In this document: one piece after another, positions 22,283 through 35,300 of the stretch
Position numbering within the stretch: the first letter of the stretch is position 1
Layout: each line of letters begins with the position of its first letter
NCBI GenBank assembly: GCA_051294375.1
Contig: CM119263.1
Coordinates: 29,034,079-29,098,078 of the forward strand
Direction: 5' to 3'
Length of the DNA: 64,000 bases
Source: Paraspadella gotoi
Taxonomy: Eukaryota > Animalia > Chaetognatha
Notes under the pieces: generated by a model
The model's database searches: none
The model's input: only the letters and a program-made list of their open reading frames with translations
Told to the model about the DNA's origin: nothing
Program-made: the position numbers and the translations under genes

Positions 22283-23108
22283 TTTTGACTTGGTAGTTTT
22301 TTAAACTTCACTTCATCAACAGTTTCAAATCGACGGCTACAACGACAACAAACACCACCTCCCTAAAAAATGTCTGAAACGAAAAGTAGTAACAAGATAT
22401 CGACTTGGTTAGTTAGGACAAACCGTCGATAATTAACCAATTAGAACTGATATGACTAGATCATCCCGAGATCGACCGATCCCATTTAACTTAAATTAAT
22501 CTGCAGCTGATCTGCCCATCCATAACTAGAAAACAGTTCAACCGGGTTTAGACAATTAAGACCCGACTCAAACTACGCTGTAAAATACAGTACTTTTGAA
22601 AGGGAACGAAAAATTTCTGTATAAAAATCTTTTGGTCGCGTCTGTTACATTTAAATATATTATGCCATTTAATAATTGTTACTAGTTAGGATTAATATTT
22701 TTTTGATTCACTGTCATTAAACAATATGTATTGTTTTATATTATATAACCAAAATTTATTCAAAACAATAGCTTAACACAAAAAACCGATGAAATCTTAC
22801 TAGTTACTTTGAAATTCCAATAAAGGTGACAGGCGAGACTTAAGTGATAGATCTTAATGCGCGATTGACCAAATAATTCAACCCTCACACATTAGCACAC
22901 ATATTTCATATTAAACACAATTCGCACAATTCTGACGGAACGGAAAAAAAATGCGGAGGGAGAGAAAGAGATCTTTCCGTTTGACGAAGCGTGAAAAAGA
23001 AATCACAGAAACGCGGAAAGTGTGAAGATCGAGTCGTCGCCCGATGATGATTGATGATGATGATGATGTTGATGATGATCCAAAATGAGGCAGAGATCAA
23101 ATTAAGAA

Positions 23109-26100
23109 TCACTTGATCTTCATGAGCAACGAGAGTATCTCCATTGGCCGGATCGCATGTCCTTTCTCTTTGGAGTCTAATGGGTGAATCCCCGTGAGCG
23201 AAATGGGTCGAACGTCGTCGACGGAATGTTCCGAGAAGAGTCGTTCAAGATCGACACGTCCGTCGGACAAGGCACTGGAGGATGTGTGATTGAGCAGAAA
23301 TATATGAATAACTTTTCATCGCTCTCACTAAACATTCCACACTAAACTGAGTGGAGCACTTGAGACCAAAAATTTGATTTGAGTCAATTAACAATAATAA
23401 ATTTATGCGAAATAATAAGATTATTGTTTCGGGGACAGTAAAGCAAAATACAATATACTTATAATATATTTCTTATAAAATAAAAAAAATTCAAAATAAT
23501 TTTTTTTGAAATTTTTATTAAAAATTCAGATTTCTCATAAAAAGTTATACCAAAAATATAAAACATGTTATCACAAATTTCTTTGTCTTCAGTATTAAAA
23601 TTGAAAAAAAAAGGTTTAAATTCTCAACTTTTTAACTCTCTGAAGTAAAAACTATTATAAAAATTGCAAAATTACTTGTTTCACTATTATATAATAAACC
23701 ATTTTTATCGTTTTTCACTGCTTTAACATTAAAATATCATATAACATATATTATAAAAGTTTATTTTTTCTGATTAATCCGAAGCTGTTATTAAAACATT
23801 AAAAAAATCAATTTGAAATTTTACAAATTTATAAGGATATTATTACTAAAAAATACAATCTGCTCACTATTATGCTAAAATTTTTTTTAAAAAAGCATGA
23901 TTTTTTTTTATTACATATACGGAGGCAGCAAAAAAAATATTGTTAACCCGCTTAATCTTTTTATCACTCCACCCTACTAAACAGTCCCACCATCCCCTCA
24001 ACCTGCATGGAAGGCACTCGGCGCCGATTCGGTGCAGCAGAGCGACGACTTCGACGCCCGGCGCCGGATTAAAATCGGCATCGCCTACCGGCGCCTCCCG
24101 CGTCGTCCGAAGGTTCAGCAGGTGGACGTCGCAGGGAAGGCTGCCGGAGCGGAGAAAGGAGACGGACTTAAACTGCGGCGAGGTGACGTTGACGAGAGGA
24201 GAGGAGGGACGAGCCGTGGGAAGACCGGACGACTTCATAGGAAAGGCGTGGACGGGGTGGAGGGTCTCCAGAGAGACGAGATGAGCTGGGAGAGTGGGAA
24301 ATGTCTGGGCGGAGGCCGAGGAAGCGCTGCGTTTTTCCACGAAGAGTCGGAAGACGTTCGGGGTGAGCTTGTTGTCCAGAACGCCCTGACCGAGACCTGA
24401 GGAAGGTGAGGAAGACGTAAACTGTGAAGAATAAAATGTTATATATAATATAATTTTGTAATGCTTTCATCGAAAAACCTCTCTCATCGTCCTGCGCCAG
24501 TCTTCGATCCAGAACGATCTCGAGCGAGCCTTTGCGTAAAGCGGCCACTCCGAGCGATTGGCTGCTCATTACCGAGAGTCGAACCCGCGAGTCTTCGATA
24601 AAAGCCATCGTGGGCATCGGGTAGAAGTTTGCCTGGACAATTGAGAGAGATGGATTACGGAATGGGCAGTAGGCACGGAGCGCAGATCATTTATATTCGA
24701 ACCTGAAGAGGGAGTTTTTCGAAGTATCGTCGCCTGATGACCTGGAATCCGTTGAGGTCGGTGAAAAAGTCCAAATCTTCGTTCTGTACGTCGGTGTTGA
24801 GTCGCATCGCGATTTCAAAGTTTCGCTCGGGTCGAATGTCAACCAAGTTTTTAATCTGAAGCCGAGAGAAAAAAAAGAGACATTAATACTAAATACACCT
24901 AATAACTAGCGAGGAGACGAGTTCGGCTCGAGGGAATAATCAGATTTTCGTCGATTTCCGTTAAAAAATAGTTTCATCAAAAGTATATAGTCAAGACCAA
25001 TACAAAGTGTGGCAATATGGGCATATTTCGAAAGCGTAGGGTCTTGGGAAGACAACTGGGGGGAGCGCGAGCAATCTTTTGACCTTTTAATATTTAAAAG
25101 TGCAATTAAAGAGGACTGGTTTGTGCCTTTTTTTAATGTCTTTCTTTTCCCTACTGTCGTATCTCATAATTAAAACAAAAGGTAATTATTGCTACAGATA
25201 ATGATAAGACAACTGTCTTTGCTTCAATTTGATGTCATGACATCTATAACTTCTTGCAAGCTTGCTTGCTTATTTAAGCAATCAAATAAACTAGTTTTTA
25301 AGTCATATTTTATACCCTCGTGCCCTATGAGATAGAGGATTTCAATTTTATCTGCATTTAGATAGGTGTTTGAACTTTCCTTTTGGGGGGAGCGCGAAAA
25401 AAAATTTGAATAATTAATATTAATCAAAGAGTAAACCAAATCATGATTTTTCCCTCGATAAATCCGCTTAACATTCTTTGTTTATGCTCGTCGGCGCCGT
25501 ATTGAATTTGCTGGGCGTATTAGTTTCTTTGTTACGCGTGCTTGGCTCGGAAGCCTCGTGTCATGGCTGTGGCTCGCGATCTTTTGTTGAATGAATCGCT
25601 GAGGATGATCACTGGCGACAGCGATCGGGTCAGATCCCTCTGGGTTTCTATAGTAACGTCGGTTGCTACCTCATTCAGCTTGAAATTGGCCAAGAATTAT
25701 TATTATTATTATTATTTTGTATTGATTTATTTATTTATTCTTGCTCATTTTTGCATTTAAATCATTCTTCGCGTTTCATTATTACATCACCATCACGAAG
25801 AGGAGGACAGCACTGAAACATAGTAGGTAATATTTTTTGTCCTATTTATCTCAATTTCTTTTTAGTTATTACGTTAAGAGGAAAGGTCATTCAGCATAAC
25901 AATACGTAATCATTGATGTATTAGAGCTAAAACATCGAGAAATACATCGTAATCACCAGTAATCACCAAAAAAAGATTTTATTTATATGTCAACATTGTG
26001 TTTTAAAATATTTTTTTTGAAATCGGTAAATAACAAAATTGTTAAATTAAATGGGTAAGCACATTTTTAAAGATTTGTTTTTCAATCTGTTTGTTAAAAA

Positions 26101-29100
26101 ATTCTAGGTAAGAAGTTAAAACATGGTATGGGTTAGTTTAGAAGGGAGAATTAAACAATTAATCTCGTTACTATGTTGGTTTTCCAGTCATGAACAAAAT
26201 CTTCAGTTAAATAGATGGTAAAGAAATTCGAGCTACAATGAATCTACACTGAATTTGAAGAGTTGCAGCCTAAACGACTGCAATAATATGAATTAAAAAT
26301 TTGATTAGCAATCTTAAAAACATTTGTAAAAATGTAATAGAGAGACATTTTGATAAACGCGTTCCAGTTAGAAAGAATTCAGGGTTAAAGTTTAAAAACG
26401 TTTCATTTTCAAGGATACAAGTTGAAATTTAAAAATGTCTCTCTATTACATTTTTCTAATTCAGTAATAAAAAATTCATAAAAAATATCAGATGGATTGG
26501 CCTTTTCGTTTGACCTGCAACTCTTCAGATAGGTTTCTTTTATTTTATATTATAATTAAAACCGATATAAAATGGGGTAGAATGCATCAAATGTTTAAAG
26601 TGAATACATTTTCGGAATCGCCAGGAGCTCAGCTTTCTGAATTTGTACTCCATTTTGGCCTATTTTGAAGTTGAATTGAATGACCCTTTTTCTTAATAGA
26701 ATATAAGGTAAAATTTTACTTTCACCGACCAGGGTTTCAATGTCTATTGAAAAATCATTTAAAAATACTTATTTTTAAAAAAAAAAATTAAAAAAATTAA
26801 TACCTAATTACCCTAACCCTAAACCCTCTTAATCTTAACAGCCCTAACCCTAAACCACCCCTAAACCACCCTTAACCCTCCCTTAACCCTAAATTAATTA
26901 ATTAATTAATTAACGCCGACTAATTAATAAGTTAATTAATTAAAAAAATATTACCTAATTACCCTAACCCTAAACCCTCTTAAACCCTAACAGCCCTAAC
27001 CCTAAACCACCCTTAACCCTAAATTAATTAATTAATTAAGTGGTTTAGGGTGGTTTAGGGTTAGGGCTGTTAGGGTAAGAGGGTTTAGGGTTAGGGTAAT
27101 TAGGTAATACTTTTTTTAATTAATTAACTTATTAATTAGTCGGCGTTATTTAATTAATTTAATTAATTAATTTAGGGTTAAGGGTGGTTTAGGGTTAGGG
27201 CTGTTAGGATTAAGAGGGTTTAGGGTTAGGGCAATTAGGTATTAATTTTTTAATTAATTAACTTATTAATTAGTCGGCGTTAATTAAGAAGAAGAATGAG
27301 GAAGCCAAGAAAGTCAAAGACAAATAATTTTGCATAATTATTTTTTGTAGGCCAACCAAGCAGAGCTCACGGATGTTGGCGTGGGTAAACAATTTTGCTT
27401 CGTCATACCATATTCCTCCTTCAAACCGAGTGGCTCCGTCAAACCAAATGACTCAGGCGTGGCGCAAGTTGGAGGGGTTGAAGGCAGCCAAGAGTTCCAT
27501 TGCTTCCGTCATCATTAAAAGTATTTAAATCTATTAAATTATTAACCATAATAAGTTGCAATAATAATTATTAATATATTTTAGACACAATTTTGAAATT
27601 TAAATTTTTTTTTACCAAACGCACGAGAGAAGAAGATTATTGGATTTAATGGTCATTTAGATGATGGCTTTACACAATTTTAGTCCTCAAAATATTCCCT
27701 TTATAAAATCTAGATCGCGTGGTGGATCCAATCATAATGGTGGCGGCAGCGGCGAGTGTGGATTTCTGCTCAACAACAGCTGCTGCGAATCCCACCTTTA
27801 CAGCTTCGGCGGTGCATCTCTACGCAATGGCAGGGCTGGCGGTGGGTTTTTTCCCAACGGCGGTGGCATTGGCAACTTTATTTTTGAATAATATTCCATG
27901 ATTTATCTGTTAATAAATAACTAGATTTGTGATGATTTATTGACCAATTGTTGTTAAATAAATATTAATACAAATATAATTTTTTTTATGGAACATGTAT
28001 AATAATTGTAAGAATCAGGTTACAAGAGTATGTTATTGAAATGAAGGCGCCAGAAAAAAGTAAGTTTGAAACCTTCCGTAAAATCGCTCACGCGCATCTC
28101 TAGTTTAGTAAAGAAACCTGCATGGAGATAAATAATCAAAACATTTCTGACTCCGCCTTTGTTTTGACGGAGTAGTATGGTTGATCAAGGGAATGCCTTC
28201 ATATTTTGTTATTTTTGCGTCCAAGTTCGGCTGGCGGCGGCCAACATGCGTGTTTCCGCATGGAATGAAAGTTTGACGTCCGCGGAGTCACCAGCGGACG
28301 ACATCGAGATCGAGACCGGCCCAAATAATTAGAAGTTTACAATTGATTCAGTCACGAAGAATGGTGAAAAAGTGGAAATTATTATCTGTTATATTTTTTT
28401 TTAGTAATGTTTGAAATATCGTGGGAGTGAAAAGTTGCCTCTGAAACGTTCAACGCTTTTAACTCCATTGGGGGTTTTTACACGTTTTTATATTTTAATC
28501 TCGGAAAACAAACATTTTTATCTCCGTCTTCGTCGTAAAACGTACCAACGAGTTCCAAAATCTGAACGTCCTTCCAAATAAGTCTAAAGTCAGCCAATTA
28601 AATTCAAAATTAATACAGAGGCACAAACTTCAGATTTCTACAAAAAAGATTATAATAAAATAATTTTTAAGCAATAACAAGGATTAATAAATATTTTTAA
28701 AGATATAGTAATATTTATTTTTGTAAATGACATGACTTCTTTCCGATTAAACCAGCTTTGATTCCCCGCGAGCCATTTTTATTGACTCTATTGGGGCCGG
28801 AATCGAGCATTTGACTCGTACCGTGCTCGTAGTACAAATCTTTATGGAACCAAAATTGAAATCCTTAACATAGGGCGACGTGATTACGCGAGGAAGCGAT
28901 TTTGGGTGACGTTTTGGGCCACAACTTTTGAATGCCTGGACCGATTTTGCTGATTTTTTGCATGAAGCGCTCGAAATGAATTCCCTATCGTTTGGTTACC
29001 AATTTGTACGAAAATAAGTTTAAATAAAAATCTTGTGTTCTCGCTATAATAACATAAACAATAATAAAATCTAGAAAAACGAACCTCGAGACCGAAGCCG

Positions 29101-32100
29101 TCGAAGCCCGGTGAGTTCTTGACTACGATAGTGTGTGTGAGGCGCTCGAGAATCACGTGAACTTCGGTGAGGACGCGACCCTTGACCACGCGAATCAGCG
29201 GGGACGAGATTGGAATGGGCGTGGCCGGTCCATCGGGAAGGAAGAGGTAAGCCCCGCTTTTAGCCTGTAGGAATCACAATGTTAAACTGTCATATATGAT
29301 ATCGTAGTCAAACAACGAGGGTAATTATTAAGTGAAGACAATTATTGGGTAAATGACGGACAATAATAAAGGTGATGACAAAGGTAATAAAGAGACGATG
29401 ACAAAGGTTATGACAAAGGTAATGACAAATATTTAATTATTTCTTTCTTTTTCTCTATGTCGGTCATTGGTCAATCTCAGGTTGAAATAAGGTCTGTGAT
29501 TCGTCGGCTTTCTGATGATTCACATCACAAGGCCACCAGGTCCATCTATAGGTCCATCTATAGGTCTATTACGTTGATGATATTTATAAGTCGGACTAAT
29601 GAACGTTATTTTTTTTTCCTGTTTCATAAACTATTTCGTATGTTATATAATTACTATTAAGTTGATAAGCTCGCCTTTTTATTCATGGTTCCATATTTGA
29701 CGAATTCCAAGTTGACGTTGACCTTGGTGACGGCTACGGAGACGCCCTCTTCGTCTTTCGTCTCCGTCAACGTCACGGATTTGAGGAGACCCGTCGTTCC
29801 GAAGAATTCCGCGCTCATCAACCTAACGGGGGGAGAGAGAGAGAGAGAGCGAATAAGAGAAGAAAATAATTGAGCAACTCGACCATTCCCATGACCTTAC
29901 CCGTTCTCCACGGTGAAGGCTTCGACACTGGCCGGTCGCGACACCCTGAAGGGGCCGCGTTTGGCGACGCCGGCCGATCCGCCCGAGTTGTAGAGCGTCA
30001 CTTCGCAAAAAGACGTCATGGGTAACTCGGTGTTGACTTCGAAGCCTCGAAGGGTGTAGGCTGTGAGGCTGAGGGGAGGTTGAACGAGCGGTATGTTATA
30101 AGATATTCATGTCATGTTATATTATGTAGTAGGGCGTTTTAAAATAACAAAATATAAAAAATAGAATAAGGTACATAGCTATTTTAGTGTAAACAAGTCT
30201 GTAGAATTTGATGGTGATGACCATTTCTTTATATTATTTTATCTTTCTGGTCGAAAATGACGATTTTTAATGTATATAAAATTGTCATAAAAAAGAAAAA
30301 CAATTATAAGTTATGATAAATCAAATAATTATGGTAAGTTTATTTTTAAATTTTATATTTTATAAAAAGTTAGTTAACTATATTTATTAATAATTATGAA
30401 AAAAAATTAGGTTAAAATTAAAAAATAATAATTTCAAAATTTTATTCATGGATTTGTATTCCTTGCAAAAAGTTGATATAAAAAAATATAACATAATGAT
30501 GAAGGCTCGAACAAGAGTCGAAACATGTCTGTTTAAACTAAATAAAAAATCGTTGTAGTACAAACTCTAAACTTTGTTTTCGCTAAAACTAAAATTTTTA
30601 TTCCAAAATTATGTCATTATGTTGGTCAAAATTTAGAAAAAATATAATTTTAACCCAAAAATTAAAAAATTATATAATTAACATTTTTAACCAACTTAAT
30701 GAAAGAATTTGTTAAAATGGATTATACTTTCTTACATCAACTTTTTGTAAGGAATTCAAATTCGATTTTAAAATTTTAATTTTTTCCTTTTAGCTTATTT
30801 TTTATTATTATTTATTAATAAATATAGCTAACAAACAGTCAAACAGTTAATAAAATATAAAATTTGTAAATAAACTTACTGAAATAGTTATAAGGGTCTT
30901 TATTTTCGAATTATGTAAGCTAAATATAGCTTTTATAAAATTTTAATAATTTGAGTTTCTTATACTCTACAACGTTTGTTGCATTTGAATAGTACCTTAT
31001 GTGGTGCAAAAATCGCTATTTTCGACAAAGAAGATAAAACTATATAAAAAAATTATTATCAATATCGAATTCTACAGACTTGATTATACTAAAATAGCTA
31101 TGTACCTTATTCGATTTGTTATATTTTGTCATTTTTAAACGCCTTATTATGTAGTAGACACATTTTTTTCCGCAACAAATGGTCATAGAAACTTTCGGAA
31201 AACCACCATTCGATTCGAAATAAAATTCTCTTTCGTTTGGTATATAATTGAATTCATTTCTAAAAATATTTCGCTTGACCCAGGCGAGTTGAAAGCAACT
31301 AGATCACAACATGCAAATTGGAACTCTTTTTCAGTTACAATATTTATCATTTTTCGATATAATTTAGTTAATTATTAAATTTCTGTGACTGATAGATAGT
31401 TATTCTTTGTTTAATTTATTAAGAATATCTTTTTACAGACAGTCCATTAATCATGAACACTTGTTCTGCTACAGGGGTAGAGTTTCCTCTGTTTCCCGAA
31501 TTTGGTATTTGCAAGCGCTTAGCGAACTTTCGACCACCGCCGGCAAAACCAAAAGGGGCAGCAGTATTGGAACGGTTCTTTGACATTTTTTACACTCAGC
31601 CTAAAAACCTACGAGATAAAAACGAGACTGCTAATGTCGTAGCTCTAGAATTTATCTTTTTCAGACAAAAAACTAAGGAAAAAGGTTACAATGTCATATT
31701 TTTAGTAGAATACGAATAGAGTAAAATTAGATAAATAATTATGCACAAAATGCTTTGTAGTTTGCAGAATTTATTTAGATTTTAGAAATCAATTATCATT
31801 ATATTGCCAAAAGCACACTCATAATAAAATTAATATGAAGTCAGTTGATCTGTCTCTTTTCTTCTCAGTTCCTTATCGGCAAAGAAGCTCAACTTCCCAT
31901 GAAAAAAAGGCTTAGCACGATAAATCACGCCCGTTGATGGGTAGCTGCCTCTACATTCTCAAAATGCTGATCGTTGGTGATTTTTTCGTTTTGATTCACC
32001 AGCAGAAAATGGATGTCTTGGTGATGTCTTATTACATTTTGTACATTCATTTTTATTACTGGTTCTGCTGTCCATTCATGGCGGATGCTCCATTCCTTAC

Positions 32101-32273
32101 TCTCCCTTCATGAAGATCTAATGGCGAGATATTACGCGGGCCATATCTTCGCAGTTTAAACTGTTAAACTTTGCGCAGTTTCGGGGAAGATAACTATATC
32201 CACTATAACTATATCCACCCTACTAAGCTCATATAGTGCGCCCCAATTCTCGACGGGGACGAGAAATGGCCCA

Positions 32274-32307
<34 letters not shown>

Positions 32308-35300
32308 ATCTTCTCTCTCTCTCAAACGTTCTTTGTTTTTTTGGGCTTAAAGGTATCTCAATAGCGATAACAATGAGGGTCACAGATTTGAATTTTTCTT
32401 TGCTTTCTTTTAATATATTTTTAATCACTACAGAAATATTAATGACAGAAAAAATAATAAAAAAAAGAAAGAAAAAAATATAGGAAAAAAAAAAAAGAAA
32501 AAAAAAAGATAATTAAAGAAGAAAGAAAGAAACACAATATAGTATAGAGATAGAGATACAAAGGAGAGAAAGAGAGAGAGAGATAGAGAGAGAGACAGAG
32601 AGAAAGAGAGACAGAGACAGAGAGAGAGAGAGATTTATGAAAATAAAAAAAAGAGAGACAGGTAGAAAGAGAGACAAAGAGAGAAAGTGAGAGAGAGATA
32701 AAAAAGAAAAAAAAAGAAATAGAGTGAGAAAAAGAGAGAGATACAGATTGAAAGAGAGAGAGAGAGAGAGATATAGATTGAAAGAGAGTGAGAGAGAGAG
32801 AGAAAGAGATGAAAATAGAAAATAAAAAGAGAGAGGTAGACCGAGAGAGAGAGAGGATATAAAATAGAGGGTTTAGGAATGAATCTAAATGCAAATAAAT
32901 TATTTTATTTTAAATTAGGATTGTTAAGGTTTCTTATCTTTTAGTAAAATATTTTTATAATAAGGACTGCCCATGATGATGATTCACGGCGGGACAGGGC
33001 TTCAAACGTCAATCCCCATCAAAATAGTGGCGGGGATTCCCCGCCGTGGATAAGGCAGAATGCTTCAAACAGTAATCCCCGTAAAAAATAGTGGTGGGGA
33101 TTCCCCAAAACAGAGGGAAAAAAGACAGTTTTCGTGAACAGAAAGAGGGCGCAGTTGAAACTGTCCCCTTATAGCCAGTTCAAACTGCGCCTTATTGGAC
33201 GGCGTCATACTTGCTAATGGCGTGGCGATCAAGGGATCGCGATGGGGCCCATGCTGCACTAAGATTGATTTACATACCGAATATCTGAACTAGAATGGCG
33301 ATGGCTGAAGCCCTCTTGAGCTCTGAAAAGGTCCAAGTAGAAATGGGAAAAGCCGGAAATACCACGCGTATATGAAAACAGCAAATTAGAAGATTACATT
33401 TCGGCTGATTCATGGTTTTGTTTTTTCAGGTTCATTTGCAATATTTTATCAATAATTTTATATTTAATTATATTTAATTTCAATGACAATTATAATTTAT
33501 TACACAGCTTTGTCACTTTGAGCCATCTTTTTTGTCGAAACCTGTGGAAGAATGGAATGATAACGCCAACTACCACTCATTCTGCAAGCTTGTAAATGGA
33601 TTTTCGCCACTCAATGATGCTGCGGAGAGGGTGGTTAAATTTGCAAGTGATTACAACGTTCAATAACCCGTAATAAAACGCAACACGAAGCAATGCTTAG
33701 GGCATTGAAGAACATCGTCCATCTCACCCAAAGCCAAACAAAGTGTCTTATGAACTTCAAGTTTAAAGATTCAGTTAACAATAACAAAGCAAGAATTGTT
33801 TGCCTCTTGCCGTCACTTTCATGAGAAGAAGATAAATTGGTTTAAAAATATTAAAATTACACTTCCGGTATATTTTGCTTAATACTTTTTTATTAATTTT
33901 TAATAAACTACAACTACATCGGAGTTTTACATTCATTTCAATCCATAATGATTAAAAACATCACATAAGATCCCTTTAACGTTTCAAAATATACGTAAAT
34001 CAATGAATCTGACGCATGTGGAACTTTGACGGCGCTGGGTCAAGCGAAATCTTTAAATAAGTTAATCATATAGCACATCATTCGAAGAGAATTTTATTTC
34101 GAATCGAATGGTGGTTTTCCGAAGTTTCTTATGACCATTTGTTGCGGAAAAAAATGTGTCTATTATGTAGTATTGACCACCTTAAAGGCTGCAGAGTGGC
34201 GACAAAGACGAGTTCGAATTCCTTCATCGAGGAGTCTTGACCGGATGTCCAAACGAGATTGACCTAACAGGAAGAAAGATTGCATGAAGATTATCGATTA
34301 CGACCGAAGAAAAAAATCCTTTATACATAAACATTTTAAAATATTACAACATGTAAATAAGATTTTGATTTCAAAATTAAAATCCTCCACCTGCGCCGCG
34401 GTGACGCTTCCCGCAGCGTCTCTGACTTCGATCCAAGGCGTCGTGACGCGAAGGCGGACGACGGACTGACGCGCGTGACCCAAAGAGTTATAAAGGATCA
34501 GGGGGACGGAGCGACCGAAGAGGGGGAATTTGATAAGGGTCGCCTGGGGGATGCTGTCGTGCGCGCTTTGGACGGAGTCGACGTCGAACCATAGAATCGC
34601 TGAGAAACATATTTATTGGATTTTATTGAATGAATACATTTTATTTAATATTTAATATATAATTAATATATATTTAATATTACGAGGGCCGTCGATGCCC
34701 AACTGATTAGCGATTAGGTACTGGGCCGAGGCGACCATAGTTTCCTTGGATTTCATTAGCGCGTTCATCAGTTTCTTGCCGTAGTCGACGGTGACGGGTT
34801 CTCGGGAGGTTCCCGTCACCCCATCGTGATGCTGAGTTAAGTTAACAAAAAATGTTTATGATGGGATAACATAATCACAGAATATTATAAAGTTTTTTTC
34901 ACCTGAAAAAGAGCCAAGTTTTTTCTAGCGTAGTCCAAGTTGGCGAAGGAGTCTACCCATGCGGGAAAGGCGGTTTTGTTCCGCCTGGCAACGGCGTTGG
35001 CGAGAGAAAAGAGGATCTCGGCCCCACGGAGGTTAGCCTCCACAACGCGGTCGAGGCGCTTGTAGAAAGGCTTCGAGGTGTAGTACCCGCTCCAGTAGTG
35101 ATCGTCTCTGTGGATAGAGAGGGTGATGAGGAGAAGGTAAACGTTAGAAGCGTTCGCCTCTCTACCTAAGACTAATCACTAATGGGCGGTAAAGAAAACA
35201 AATGATTTTAAGCCTCAACGAGATCAAAAACGCGTCTTTCCCTAAGCTCCAGAGAAGAAAAATGAATAAGAGATTCTCGCCCTCGCTCCTCGCACCAAGC

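Noticed and set aside
26796-27288. True telomere or chromosome fusion site
   Set aside because: Repeats are degenerate, organised in 150-bp monomers, lie inside an intron of an intact gene, and share an end with a dispersed element.
29480-29535. Possible intronic C/D box snoRNA on the minus strand
   Set aside because: Imperfect C box, too short, and no terminal stem or recognisable guide.
32439-32894. 151-aa hydrophobic ORF
   Set aside because: Translation of GA/TC low-complexity DNA inside a nested transposon.
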